Below, piece by piece: positions 34,462 through 44,815 of a DNA stretch of 64,000 nt. The stretch covers positions 768,001-832,000 of the forward strand of contig CAXXWX010000026.1 of the NCBI GenBank assembly GCA_963675745.2, in the 5' to 3' direction. The notes beneath the pieces were generated by a model. The model ran no database searches, was not told the origin of the DNA, and saw only the letters and a list, made by a program, of their open reading frames with translations. Positions within the stretch are counted from its first letter, which is position 1, and the number at the start of each line of letters is the position of its first letter. Position numbers and translations under genes: made by a program. The DNA is from Phycisphaerae bacterium. GTDB taxonomy: Bacteria; Planctomycetota; Phycisphaerae; UBA1845; Fen-1342.

Positions 34462-35757
34462 TCAGGCTCTCAGGTTATCCAGGAATGACTCAAGGTCCTT
34501 GTGCAACCCCATGTTGCTCAGAAGTGTCTCGATCTGCTTGGCGGGTGGCAGGTCATTCAGTTGCCGCCTGAGCATGATTACCTTCGCCAGCGTATCCGGG
34601 TCCAACAGTTTTTCCTCTTTGCGCGTGCCGGACTCCTGCAAATTGACCGCCGGCCACAACCGCATATTGGCCAGTTCGCGATCTAGCCGCAACTCCATGT
34701 TTCCGGTGCCCTTGAATTCTTCGAAAATGAAATCGTCGGCGCGGCTGCCGGTGTCGACCAGCGCCGACGCGATTATAGTCAGCGAGCCGCCATTCTCGAT
34801 GGCGCGTGCGGCGCCGAAGATCTGTTTGGGTTCCTGCAAGGCGCGGATATCAAGGCCGCCGGTCATCGTGCGACCGCTCGAACCGACAGTGTGGTTAAAG
34901 GCCCGGGCCAGGCGTGTAATCGAGTCGAGCAGAATCACGATGTGCTGCCCGCACTCGACGAGGCGCCGGGCACGCTGGATCACCAGGCGCGCTAGGCGTA
35001 CGTGTGACTGGGCGTCGTGATCGTTGCTGGACGCAAAAACCTCGCCACGCACGTTGCGCCGCATTTCGGTGACTTCTTCCGGGCGTTCGTCGACCAACAG
35101 CACCACCATATAAACGTCGGGGTGATTCACGGAGATGCCGTGGGCCATCTGCTGCAACAAGACGGTCTTACCGGTACGCGGCGAGGCCACGAGCAGCCCG
35201 CGCTGCCCGAATCCGATGGGCGTGAACAGGTCGACAATGCGTGTGCTGAGGGGCCCATCGGAGGTTGAGAAACGCAGCGGACGGTGAGGATCAATGGCGA
35301 CGGTCTCTTCCAGCGGAGGTGGCGTCTCCCATTTTTCAGCGGGAATCCCGTTTATCTCGCGCAGTTCGAGGCTGACTGGACCACCGTTGTCCGCCGGGAC
35401 TCCCTCGCCCTGTAGCAGCTCTCCGCCGCGCAACCCGAACCTGGTCACTATCTTCGCCGGGACGAACGGATCGTCGGGCTTGATCGCCAGGTTGGTTTTG
35501 GGCCGGCGCAGGTAACCGTCGCCGTGTTCGCTGAGTTCCAGCACACCGTCCACGGGCCCCAGCGGAATCGGTGGTGCGTTGCGCCGCGCCGGCGCGCCGC
35601 GCGACTCGCGGCGTTGTCCCGCATGGGCCCGACCTGAGGATCGTCCCGTTTGGCGTCCCCCGGGACGCCCGCCGGAGCGTTTGCCGGCCCGTCCGTCGCG
35701 TTGCTTATTCTGGCGTGGTTTCGCGTGTGCTTTGCGTTTTGTCGGACGCCTGTCCAC
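34462..35757 (-). CDS. rho: Transcription termination factor Rho
   Basis: GVLE...G.GYLR, PIGFGQRGL...PRTGKT, DERPEEVTEM, LDSITRLARA and FEEFKGTGNMEL motifs; Arg/Gly-rich N-terminus. Confidence 0.96.
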   Translation of the reverse strand: MDRRPTKRKAHAKPRQNKQRDGRAGKRSGGRPGGRQTGRSSGRAHAGQRRESRGAPARRNAPPIPLGPVDGVLELSEHGDGYLRRPKTNLAIKPDDPFVPAKIVTRFGLRGGELLQGEGVPADNGGPVSLELREINGIPAEKWETPPPLEETVAIDPHRPLRFSTSDGPLSTRIVDLFTPIGFGQRGLLVASPRTGKTVLLQQMAHGISVNHPDVYMVVLLVDERPEEVTEMRRNVRGEVFASSNDHDAQSHVRLARLVIQRARRLVECGQHIVILLDSITRLARAFNHTVGSSGRTMTGGLDIRALQEPKQIFGAARAIENGGSLTIIASALVDTGSRADDFIFEEFKGTGNMELRLDRELANMRLWPAVNLQESGTRKEEKLLDPDTLAKVIMLRRQLNDLPPAKQIETLLSNMGLHKDLESFLDNLRA

Positions 35758-36050
35758 AGCTTCACTCCAGTCCCGCCGCGCGACGGAACCCCCCTCGACG
35801 CGTTCCTGTGTTCATGAAGGAGAGGGTGCGGCCGTTATCCCCTCGGCTGATTCGGCCCATTACCCGACTCACCAAGTATAACGAACTCACTCCCACCCAC
35901 AAAAGCCCATTGCATGAGAAGCGCTCAACATTCCGCCGTCAGTGCATACTCCCGAGCACGTACGGTTCGCTTGTGGCGGCCGACGGTCGTGTTGGCATTT
36001 GCCGCAATGGACGTTCTCCTTTCTGTCACGTCCAACCGCAGCGGCGGACG

Positions 36051-36860
36051 TTACAGATCTCCGGCGGATGCCGTCGGCCCAATCACCTCGTTCTCGAGCA
36101 GGCCGATACCCTCCACCTCGATTTCGATGGTATCGCCATCGCGCAGAAAAACCGGCGGTTGCCGCACAAAACCAACCCCTTCCGGTGTGCCGGTCAGGAT
36201 CACGGTACCCGGCAACAGTGTGAACTGGTGAGAAAGATAGCTGATCAACTCAAACGGCGGGATGATCATCTCCGCCGTGCTGGCCGACTGCATCGATGTA
36301 CCATTCAGCCGGCTGCTGATCGCACAGTTGCCTGGATCGAGCTCATCAGCCGTCACCAGCCATGGCCCCAACGGGCAGAATGTGTCAAACCCCTTGGCGC
36401 GCGCCCACTGCTTGTCGGCGGCCTGGCAATCACGCGCCGTCACATCGTTTGCACAAGTATACCCCAGCACGTGTTCCGACGCTTGCGCCGGCGAAACGCC
36501 ACGCGCGGTCCGGCTGATTACCACGGCCAGCTCAGCTTCAAAATCAACTTGCTCGGGCGCGCTTTCAGGCAGCACGATCGGCACGCGCGGTCCGGTAACG
36601 GCGGTGGTGGGCTTCATGAATACCAGCGGTCTCTCGGGCCGCCGCGCGCCGGTTTCCTTAACATGCGCGGCATAGTTGCGCCCGATCGCGAAGATGTTCG
36701 GCGGCTCTACCGGAGCCAGTAGCTTGGCGGCGGTGACCTCGCGATCCAGCGGCCGCAGTTTGCCAAACAGGTCGCCCGCCAGCGGGCAAAACGTACGTTC
36801 GCCGACCGGCGTGCCATACATGACGCGCCCGTCCGTCGACATAAACCGCGCGATTCTCAT
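36051..36860 (-). CDS. Fumarylacetoacetate hydrolase family protein
   Basis: GRNY..H, F.KP, DFEAELAVVI, NDVTARD, AKGFDTFCPLGP and ILTGTPEGVG motifs. Confidence 0.92.
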   Translation of the reverse strand: MRIARFMSTDGRVMYGTPVGERTFCPLAGDLFGKLRPLDREVTAAKLLAPVEPPNIFAIGRNYAAHVKETGARRPERPLVFMKPTTAVTGPRVPIVLPESAPEQVDFEAELAVVISRTARGVSPAQASEHVLGYTCANDVTARDCQAADKQWARAKGFDTFCPLGPWLVTADELDPGNCAISSRLNGTSMQSASTAEMIIPPFELISYLSHQFTLLPGTVILTGTPEGVGFVRQPPVFLRDGDTIEIEVEGIGLLENEVIGPTASAGDL

Positions 36861-36953
36861 TGGTACTCGAATCTCTCGTCACAAGGGATGCATCGTGGCG
36901 CACGTGTCGGGCGCCCGTGGTTCGCGCGACATACGGACGCGCGGCGGGGTCAA

Positions 36954-37484
36954 TCAATAAAAGACCGTCACGATCAGGTGTGGGTCGGCGTGCTTGCCTT
37001 CCACGACGCCGATGTTTGTCGAGACAAACTTGATCACGATGTTCTCGTGCGCATCGACCCAGGCGTTTATCTGGTCGGTCATGTAGGCCATCGAAGCATC
37101 ATTGAGCTTGGCGTGGAACACGCGGCAGCGCGTCGCGCCCTTACCGTCGGGCAGCAGCACCCGCTGATAGTCTGCCTCCGTGTGCTCCATCTGGTCAAAC
37201 GATATCCCGCCGCCGCCGTATTGCTTGAGATCGGGACCACTCTGATCCCCCCGGCCTGGGACCTCCTGCTCGGGGATGAGCGCCAGCGGCTCTCCGAGCG
37301 GCTCGGGCTCGACGCCGGCATTTGCCACCCCGGCCGCCGCCCGTTTGAGCTCCTGGATGCAAAACGGGCAAAGCAACTGCCCCTCATGCTGGGCGGCTTT
37401 TCCCTGCTCCAGATGCTCAGGGTAGATTGTCGCGCCGCACTTCCCACATTCCTGTGTGGCCTGTTCACTCGTCGCCATGGCCAT
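36954..37484 (-). CDS. Hypothetical protein with an N-terminal CxxC..CxxC zinc ribbon and a conserved-looking C-terminal domain
   Basis: CGKC...CPFC; C-terminal ATRCRVFHAKL...QINAW.D..IKFV; GGAGG RBS. Confidence 0.65.
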   Translation of the reverse strand: MAMATSEQATQECGKCGATIYPEHLEQGKAAQHEGQLLCPFCIQELKRAAAGVANAGVEPEPLGEPLALIPEQEVPGRGDQSGPDLKQYGGGGISFDQMEHTEADYQRVLLPDGKGATRCRVFHAKLNDASMAYMTDQINAWVDAHENIVIKFVSTNIGVVEGKHADPHLIVTVFY

Positions 37485-37793
37485 GCCTCCATGCCGTGGG
37501 GTATCGAACGCGCCCTTGGAGCAGCGTCGCCCGGAAACACCTGTACCGGCCAGGCAAGCCCGCCGTCGGCGTCGGCTGCCGCCCCCCTCCGGGCCGGATC
37601 AACTGGGCCCACGCCCATCGCCAATACTGACCGCGTCCGCTGTGAGCTGCGCCCGCGGTCGGTTTGAAAGATGTGTCAACAACGAGTATAACCGCTGAGG
37701 CAGGGCCACGGCAATAACACCGAGCTCAAACGCAGCCAGCGATCGGGCCCGGATCGCGCGGCGATCGATCATCATTGTGTCACGGAGAGGTCC

Positions 37794-38240
37794 ATGACCC
37801 GCACGTGTTTGTCAGCCGCCGGCGCCGCATTTGTCAGCCTTGTGGTTCTGTGGTCAAGCGGGGGATGCCCATCACAGACGCAGGTGCTGGATCCCGTCAA
37901 TGACGACACCCCCGAGCCCAACTTCGTCAACGTCCGACCGAACACCGCGCCGACCGCGGTAGCCGGAGACGATCAGGTAATTTTCGCCGGAACTGAGCTC
38001 GTACTGGACGCCACCGCCTCCAGTGACCCGGACGGCGATCAACTGGCATACGTCTGGACGCAATTGGATGGCCCGATCGACCTGACAATCTCGAACCCCG
38101 GCGCCGCCATCACGCGTATCGCCACGCCCGAAGACCTCGACACCCCCGTGGTTCTGACCTTTCACGTCACGGTCGTCGATGGTTTCTCCAGCAGCGTCGA
38201 CACGGTCGCCGTGCGCATCAACCCCGCCGTCGAAGAATGA
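37794..38240 (+). CDS. Lipoprotein with a PKD/Ig-like domain
   Basis: Lipobox-like SGGC; APTAVAG.DQ...LDA..SSDPDGD.L.Y.WTQ..GP...F.VTV.DG; GGAGAGG RBS. Confidence 0.75.
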   Translation: MTRTCLSAAGAAFVSLVVLWSSGGCPSQTQVLDPVNDDTPEPNFVNVRPNTAPTAVAGDDQVIFAGTELVLDATASSDPDGDQLAYVWTQLDGPIDLTISNPGAAITRIATPEDLDTPVVLTFHVTVVDGFSSSVDTVAVRINPAVEE

Positions 38241-38374
38241 AACCGGCGTGGGCCCGCTTTCCGAACCACACCATCGGCCCTAACATGGTGTGGGGTGGCT
38301 CGGCCGGTCGAAGCCTCTCCGCGCGGCGGGTGCGTATCGGCCGCAGACGCGCCGGTTATTGAGGGCAATCGAGC

Positions 38375-39859
38375 GTGCATAAGTTCGCGTACATAGATAC
38401 TGGCGACTGCCATCCACCCGAGTCGCTGAGCGGCGCGCATTTACTCGGCGCCGATGGTGTTCCCACGCGTGGGGAGATCGCGCTCGATGGCAACGTAATC
38501 AACTGTGACGCCCGTATCGATGAGCCGCTGGCACTCTCGCTGCTGTGGACCGCCGGCGACTACGGCACCGTGCAACTGGAGACCACCCGTCTGCCCGCGC
38601 GCGACGAGCCCTACCGGCTTCAAGTCGAGCTGGCGCGACGCCGACTCATGCGGATCAGTTGCAAACGCGAAGAGTGGGGCCTGTTCGATTTTCCGGGAAT
38701 GGACGATGTTTCCCGGCAGGTCGACGAGGCCCGCGATCTGTTTATTGCCGCGCTTGAGCAGCGCGATAACGCCAAGGCCGCCGGCGAGGCCGGCGAAGAG
38801 TCGCTGCGCCGCGCCTTGTGGGCCTCGGAACACATGTCGCATTTCCACGCCTCGGTGTTCCTTACGCGCCGCCAGCAGAACCAGGGCTTTGCCCATCAGT
38901 TTCTGGGCACCAACGTACCCGCCGGCCTGCCCGATCCGGGTGTGATCCCGCAACTTGCCGGCAATTTCGACTTCGTCAACATCCCCTTCACCTGGCGCAA
39001 TATCCAGCCCAAGGAACAGGGCGCTCAATACGACGTCATCGACGGTTGGGTCAAGGCCTGCAAGAGCGCCAAACTGGCGCTGCGCGGCGGACCGCTCCTG
39101 GCATTCGGCGTGCAATCACTGCCGGATTGGATGTACATCTGGGAGAACGACTACGACACCGTCTTTGAACTCGCCCGCGAGCACGTTCGCCGCACCGTCA
39201 AGCGTTACGCCAAGGACATCAAGACGTGGGTGGTGGCCAGCGGCCTGCACGCCAGTGACGCGCTGTCGCTCAACTTCGAGCACATGATCGAGTTGACGCG
39301 CATGGCCGCGAGCCTGACCAAGCAGACCTCCGCGCGCAGCCAGGTTATCATCGATCTGACCCAACCCTGGGGCGAATACTTTGCGCGCAATCAACGAACG
39401 GTCCCGCCCATGCTGTATGCCGAGATGGTTGCGCAGGCCGGGATCCCCTTCGACGCTTTCGGACTCCAGTTCCTCTACGGCATTGGCAGCGACGGATATC
39501 ACCTGCGCGACATGCTCCAGATCAGTTCGCTGCTCGACCGCCTGGCCAACCTCGGAAAGCCGCTGCATATCACCAGCGTGTGCGTACCTTCGCAAACCGA
39601 GCCCGGCAACACGATTCTCTGCGGCGGCGAGTGGCATAAGCCCTGGTCAGAGGAGACCCAGGCCGATTGGCTGAATCTGTTTTGCGAAGTCGCCCTCTCC
39701 AAACCGTTCGTGGAGAGTGTGTGCATCCACGGGATCGCGGACGGCCTCGGCAGTACGTTCCCGGCCGGCGGGCTCCTGCGCCAGAATCTCGAGCCCAAGC
39801 CGGCATTTCAACGCCTTGTTGACTTACGCAGACACTTGCGCAGTGAACCCAGCGAATAA
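38375..39859 (+). CDS. GH10-like TIM-barrel protein lacking the catalytic glutamates
   Basis: F.W..IQP..G..YD, LRG.PL, P.W, V.RY, FDA.GLQ, PLHIT, QADW and G.LR..L.PKPA motifs; WDVVNE reads WVVASG and ITE reads ITS. Confidence 0.7.
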   Translation: MHKFAYIDTGDCHPPESLSGAHLLGADGVPTRGEIALDGNVINCDARIDEPLALSLLWTAGDYGTVQLETTRLPARDEPYRLQVELARRRLMRISCKREEWGLFDFPGMDDVSRQVDEARDLFIAALEQRDNAKAAGEAGEESLRRALWASEHMSHFHASVFLTRRQQNQGFAHQFLGTNVPAGLPDPGVIPQLAGNFDFVNIPFTWRNIQPKEQGAQYDVIDGWVKACKSAKLALRGGPLLAFGVQSLPDWMYIWENDYDTVFELAREHVRRTVKRYAKDIKTWVVASGLHASDALSLNFEHMIELTRMAASLTKQTSARSQVIIDLTQPWGEYFARNQRTVPPMLYAEMVAQAGIPFDAFGLQFLYGIGSDGYHLRDMLQISSLLDRLANLGKPLHITSVCVPSQTEPGNTILCGGEWHKPWSEETQADWLNLFCEVALSKPFVESVCIHGIADGLGSTFPAGGLLRQNLEPKPAFQRLVDLRRHLRSEPSE

Positions 39860-40254
39860 TGCCGCCCGATCAAGCTCAGCATCAGCAACGCACGCGCGCG
39901 ATCGTGCGGACGCGGGCCGCGCTCGCTCCCGCGCTCGCCGCCGCCCTGCTGGCCCTTGGCGCTGTGCGCACGCCGCAAGCTGCTCCGCCGGGGACTCAGC
40001 TCTCGCGCGACGATCTGCTGCTGCGTGTCAACCCCAACACCGCCAGCGCCGCCGAACTCCAGCTTCTGCCGGGCGTCGGCGCTACACGTGCCGCGAACAT
40101 CATCGCCTATCGCCAATCCGCGGCATCGGAACCGGCGTTTTCAACCGCTGCTGACCTCGATCATGTTCCCTCAATCGGACCGTTGACGGCGGAACGCCTC
40201 GCCCCGCTGCTGCGCTTCACCGATACTCCGATACGCCGGGAGACCAGCCCATGA
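39859..40254 (+). CDS. ComEA-family helix-hairpin-helix DNA-binding protein
   Basis: TM/signal, then VNPNTASAAEL.LLPGVG..RA.NII.YR...F....DL..V..IG. Confidence 0.85.
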   Translation: MPPDQAQHQQRTRAIVRTRAALAPALAAALLALGAVRTPQAAPPGTQLSRDDLLLRVNPNTASAAELQLLPGVGATRAANIIAYRQSAASEPAFSTAADLDHVPSIGPLTAERLAPLLRFTDTPIRRETSP

Positions 40255-41249
40255 CGCAGTTGCCGGCTCCGTTTGTGTGCGATCCAATCTTCAAAGACAA
40301 GCCGTGGGGCGGTCGCCGCCTTGCCGAGCGGTTTGGCAAATCGCTGCCGCCCGACGTGCCGATCGGCGAGTCCTGGGAGTTGGTCAGTCTGCCGGACAAT
40401 GAATCGCGCGTCAGGCGTGGTCCGCTCGCCGGACAGACGTTGCGCTCGCTCGTTGACCAGTGGGGCACTGATCTGCTCGGCCACGCCAGCCCCGTCGGCG
40501 GCCGTTTTCCACTTCTGATCAAGTTTCTGGATGCGCGGCAACATCTCAGCGTGCAGGTTCACCCCAAACCGCTGCCCGGTGACCAGGCCAACGCGACGCC
40601 CGGCCTGAAACACGAGGCGTGGTACGTGCTCGACGCCGAGCCCGACGCCGCCTTGTTCATCGGGTTGAAGCCCGGCGTCACTGCGGCCGACGTCACGCAG
40701 GCGGCAAACACGCCGGCGTTTGCCGACCTGCTACGGCGCTGGCCGGTGAAGCCCGGCGATTGCTACTACCTCCCCAGCGGCACGGTCCACGCGCTCGGCG
40801 CGGGTATCATGGTCGCCGAGGTCCAAACCCCGTCGGATGTGACGTACCGGTTCTACGACTGGGACCGCATGGGGCTGGACGGAAAGCCGCGCTCACTGCA
40901 CATCGAGGAAGCGTTGGCAAACACGCGATACGGCGTGCCTGATGCGGAGATCGCGCAGCCGCAATGCGCGGCCACTACCGATTTCTGCAACGCGATACGC
41001 CGCACAAGCTGCGAACGCTTCACGATCGACCGCGTCAAGTTCGATCCGGGTGCAGACATGGCCTGCCCGGGGGGCGGCGAGCTAAGGATCTGGATCGCAC
41101 TGCAAGGTGAGCTTGAGCTGTCGCAGGCAGGCGTGACGGAGCGCGTTGCACCGGGTGATGTGGCGGTGTTGCCGGCATCGTGCGCAGACACATGGGTCCG
41201 GGTGGAGAAATCGGTGGAATTTTTGGAAATTCGAATCCCCCATTCGTAA
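40251..41249 (+). CDS. manA: Type I mannose-6-phosphate isomerase (cupin)
   Basis: WGG, GESWE, FPLLIKFLDA..LSVQVHP, K.EAWY, GTVHA and EVQ..SD.TYR..DW motifs. Confidence 0.88.
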   Translation: MTQLPAPFVCDPIFKDKPWGGRRLAERFGKSLPPDVPIGESWELVSLPDNESRVRRGPLAGQTLRSLVDQWGTDLLGHASPVGGRFPLLIKFLDARQHLSVQVHPKPLPGDQANATPGLKHEAWYVLDAEPDAALFIGLKPGVTAADVTQAANTPAFADLLRRWPVKPGDCYYLPSGTVHALGAGIMVAEVQTPSDVTYRFYDWDRMGLDGKPRSLHIEEALANTRYGVPDAEIAQPQCAATTDFCNAIRRTSCERFTIDRVKFDPGADMACPGGGELRIWIALQGELELSQAGVTERVAPGDVAVLPASCADTWVRVEKSVEFLEIRIPHS

Positions 41250-41599
41250 CCAATCTCGGGCCTTGCTGTGGGACTCGGCGGTAACGTACATCTGGCACGA
41301 AAATCTGCGATTTCCTGCGAAAAACTACAATATCTTACATTTGGTCGGCTTTTGCCGGATCAGGGGACACGGGTTCTTGCAGCCCCACACGCATCCGGGT
41401 ATGCTGGCCGCTTCAAGCCACAAGGATTGATCCAACCGGTGGCTTGTCGATATACTCATTAGTAACCGGACGCGCCCGCTGGCGCGCCGCTGATTGGGAA
41501 GTGTTGGGAAGCAGCATATCGTGGTTTTTTGGGACGCTTAGCTCGCCCGACGGGCGTGCGAAGGCAGCGAACTAGGCCATTTCAGAGGTGAACTGAATA

Positions 41600-41914
41600 G
41601 TGGAAAACCTGCAGCGCTTCCGACGCACCGCGAAGGTCAATCCCGTACTGCTCGGCGTTTTGGGAATCTTGGTGGTGGTGTGTGTTATCTACTTTGTCTT
41701 CTTCCGTGGCGAGAAGCTACCGCCACCTGTGGCTGAAGAGCAACGCAAGCCCTGGACGTTTTACCACCATAAGACGGGCGAGACGTTTGAGGTGCCCTAC
41801 GCTGAGGCCAAGGAGCTCAAGCAGGAGGATGGCCTGTATGAGTATCCGCCGGGGTCAGGCAAATTCCTCTATATGAGGCAACGCCCAGGGCAGCCCAAGA
41901 TGCTGAGCCCCTGA
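41600..41914 (+). CDS. Small single-TM exported protein
   Basis: GAGGTG RBS; basic N-terminus and one hydrophobic helix; directly upstream of the prepilin-like gene. Confidence 0.65.
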   Translation: MENLQRFRRTAKVNPVLLGVLGILVVVCVIYFVFFRGEKLPPPVAEEQRKPWTFYHHKTGETFEVPYAEAKELKQEDGLYEYPPGSGKFLYMRQRPGQPKMLSP

Positions 41915-42024
41915 CCAGCCGGGCGATGCTGTGTTGCTGTTTGTATGACTTGGTTTTGTATCAACATGTTTATGATCCCCGGCGCCAGCCGTGCTCTCGG
42001 CGAGCGGGCACAAGGAGTTAAGCC

Positions 42025-43140
42025 ATGCATGAAAGAGAAAAACGAGCTTTTACCCTAATCGAACTTCTGGTTGTGGTGGCCATCATCGCATTGCTCATTT
42101 CGATTCTGCTGCCGAGCCTCTCATCGGCGCGCGAGCAGGGCAAGAAGGCGGTCTGCCTGGCCAACCTGCGCAGCATCGGTCTCGGCACGCACGAGTACGC
42201 CAACGAAGATCCGGCTGAGTTGCTCATGCCGGTCCATCAGATGCAGGTCGCGAACACTTCATTATTCGGCAGTGACTTCGCGGGCACACACTGGGCCTGG
42301 CGCACGGCCAACTGGTTCGTCTTCGGCGGCTCAACCGCAACCGACAAGTTCTTCTGTGCCGATGGAATCGGACCGCTCCTCGGTCAGGACCGCACGCGTT
42401 ACTGGGGCGCCCAGACGCGCCCGTTGAACAAATACCTCTATCCGAACATCACCGAGGATCCCGACGAAGATCGTTACGAGCACAACCTCAAGATGTTCCA
42501 GTGCCCCGGCGATCGCGGCTATCCGGATGGTATGGATGGCGACACCCCGTTGGTCGATGACAGCCCGATCTACAACGCCAAGCGCAAATGTTGGAAGACG
42601 CTCGGCAACAGCTACCGCGCGAGCATGAACGGCAGCTTTATTGGTTCGATTGGTAGCGCCTCATACAAGGGTGCTTTCAGCTACGGACCGTGGGGACACA
42701 AGGTATCTGACCTGGTCAACACGGCGCGCGTCGTGCTGTTCGGCGAGCCGACGTTCTTCAACATGATCGGAAGGGATGACACCGGTGGCGGCGACCTCAA
42801 GGAAGCTGAGCTGCTGCTCGGCTGGCACCGCCAGTTGCTGAAGGACAACCTGGTCTACTGCGACGGGTCGGGACGTACGACGAAGGTCGAGCTTGACGAG
42901 AACGGCGTGGGCATGCTGCCGATCACGCCGCCGGAGCTCGTCGACGAGTACTTCACCGATTACGAGTGCCGCGGCCGCACGTTCCAGCTTGATACATACC
43001 CGACTCCGGGTGCGTTTATCTGGGCGCTCACGCAATCCGACCGCGAGAGCCTCACTCGCGCAAACGCCACCGGCCCCAAGAAATGGCCGTTCGCCCGCTA
43101 CCGCAACAACCTCCAGCCGGTACCGGCCCCTTGGGAGTAA
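42025..43140 (+). CDS. Prepilin-type N-terminal cleavage/methylation protein (DUF1559-like)
   Basis: [30 protein letters not shown]...C..NL; F.CP.D; C-terminal H..N....DG; AGGAG RBS. Confidence 0.88.
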   Translation: MHEREKRAFTLIELLVVVAIIALLISILLPSLSSAREQGKKAVCLANLRSIGLGTHEYANEDPAELLMPVHQMQVANTSLFGSDFAGTHWAWRTANWFVFGGSTATDKFFCADGIGPLLGQDRTRYWGAQTRPLNKYLYPNITEDPDEDRYEHNLKMFQCPGDRGYPDGMDGDTPLVDDSPIYNAKRKCWKTLGNSYRASMNGSFIGSIGSASYKGAFSYGPWGHKVSDLVNTARVVLFGEPTFFNMIGRDDTGGGDLKEAELLLGWHRQLLKDNLVYCDGSGRTTKVELDENGVGMLPITPPELVDEYFTDYECRGRTFQLDTYPTPGAFIWALTQSDRESLTRANATGPKKWPFARYRNNLQPVPAPWE

Positions 43141-43195
43141 GCGGCGTTTGCAGTACCAGCAATACCTGACGGGCATCTGGCTCGTCTGAATCAGC

Positions 43196-43244
43196 AAAAA
43201 GAACGCGGCGTCGGAAAGAAACTCCGACGCCGCGTTTGCTTTAT
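43196..43244. terminator. Probable bidirectional intrinsic terminator
   Basis: 14-bp stem AACGCGGCGTCGGA/TCCGACGCCGCGTT flanked by AAAAA and T-rich tracts, between convergent genes. Confidence 0.75.
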
Positions 43245-43310
43245 CTCTTCCGCGGGCGTGAGGATACTCAGAGACGACTCCGTTGCCCTGCTGCTCGCCA
43301 CCACACCGGC

Positions 43311-43778
43311 TTAGTCGCCGTATAGCCCGCGTTCACACGCGACCGCGAAGCGCTCGGCCTGACCTTTCAGGCGCTCCCATGATTTTCGAATGCGCTTGGC
43401 CTCTTCGGGTGAAATCCTGCCGTCGTCTTCGATACCCTTGCTTATGTCGCTGAGGAGTCTGCCGAAGTCCTCGACCATATGCTGGGTGGAGGTCAGCAGG
43501 CGCTCTTCCTGTTCGCCGGGGGGGATCTTGGGATTGGCGACGAAGAAACCATCGCCGACCTGGCACATCCAGTTTATCAACTCCTGATCGCGCGTCGCTT
43601 CGTACACGGCGCGCAAGCGGTCAAGCGGGTTGCGCGCACCGGACGCGCCGGGATCCTCGTCTGTCGGCGGCTCCTGACACCACTTGTAAACCAGGGCTGT
43701 GCTCAGGTTCAGCTTTGCCGCCAACGCCTTGACGCCGATCTTGTCGGCGGCATCCCGCAGTATGTCCCAAGAGTTCAC
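43311..43778 (-). CDS. Phage CII-like / HTH regulatory protein
   Basis: GTG start after GGAAGG; HTH-like K.LA.KL.LS..LVYKW, NPLDRL, and C-terminal DG.IS.EE..RI. Confidence 0.65.
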   Translation of the reverse strand: MNSWDILRDAADKIGVKALAAKLNLSTALVYKWCQEPPTDEDPGASGARNPLDRLRAVYEATRDQELINWMCQVGDGFFVANPKIPPGEQEERLLTSTQHMVEDFGRLLSDISKGIEDDGRISPEEAKRIRKSWERLKGQAERFAVACERGLYGD

Positions 43779-44065
43779 GTGGCACCTTCCGCAATCCGAC
43801 CTGTGTGGCTGGCGCGGCGGTCCGGCCGCCCGGCAGCCACAACCTCGATGTGCGCCGGATATTCTGCGGGCACGCCATCGCCGCGTCAACGCGAGCCCAC
43901 GCACGTCGCCGGACCCCGCCTCTTCGCGATCCGAATCCTGCCGCCGCCCGCTTTCGCACATATACTCACTGGTAAGAATCGAGTGATTCGAGGACCGCAA
44001 TGACACCGGGGCCCGCGTCGGGCGCAAGCGGACAACGGCCCCATCTTAGATCGAGGAGACCACCA

Positions 44066-44683
44066 ATGGCCTATGAGCTTCCGCCCTTGCCGTATAAGCA
44101 CGAGGCGCTCGAGCCGCACATCGACGCCCTGACGATGCAGATCCACCACGGCAAGCACCATCAGGCATACGTCAGCAAGACCAACGCCGCCCTCGAGGGG
44201 CACGCCGACCTGGCATCCAAGTCCATCATCGAGTTGCTGCGCGACATACAGAGTGCGCCGGACAACATACGCCAGGCACTGATCAACAACGGCGGTGGAC
44301 ATGCCAACCATACGTTGTTCTGGCAGATCATGGGGCCGGCCAACGGCGGGCAGCCTTCCGGTGTGCTGGCCGATGCCATTGCCAGCACATTCGGAAGTCT
44401 TGACAAATTCAAAGAGCTCTTCGGCAACAACGCCGCGAGCAGATTCGGCAGCGGGTGGTCATGGCTGGTGTTGGATGGCGACGGCAAACTCCAGGCCTAT
44501 TCAACCGCCAACCAGGATTCCCCTTACATGCAGAGCCATACTCCCATCCTGGCCCTCGACATCTGGGAGCACGCCTATTACCTCAAGTACCAGAACCGCA
44601 GGCCGGACTACATCGCGGCCTGGTGGAACGTCGTGAACTGGGACAAGGTGGCGGAGCTGCTGCAGACAGGCCTGCGCGGATAG
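44066..44683 (+). CDS. sodA: Superoxide dismutase, Fe/Mn family (Mn-type signature)
   Basis: H..KHH..YV, NGGGH.NH..FW, FGSGW.WL, NQD.P and D.WEHAYY motifs; GAGGAG RBS. Confidence 0.95.
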   Translation: MAYELPPLPYKHEALEPHIDALTMQIHHGKHHQAYVSKTNAALEGHADLASKSIIELLRDIQSAPDNIRQALINNGGGHANHTLFWQIMGPANGGQPSGVLADAIASTFGSLDKFKELFGNNAASRFGSGWSWLVLDGDGKLQAYSTANQDSPYMQSHTPILALDIWEHAYYLKYQNRRPDYIAAWWNVVNWDKVAELLQTGLRG

Positions 44684-44815
44684 CGCAGGTCGATCCACGC
44701 GCTGGCAATCTGCGCATCGACAGCAGCGTGCCGGCGCAACGACTGTGCGCCGGCGGCCTGCGAGGCGCAGGCCGTTACGGCGCTGGTGCGCCAAACGACG
44801 GCGATAAAGAAGATG

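Noticed and set aside
43311..43778. Prophage
   Set aside because: A single CII-like gene; no integrase, structural or replication genes in the window.
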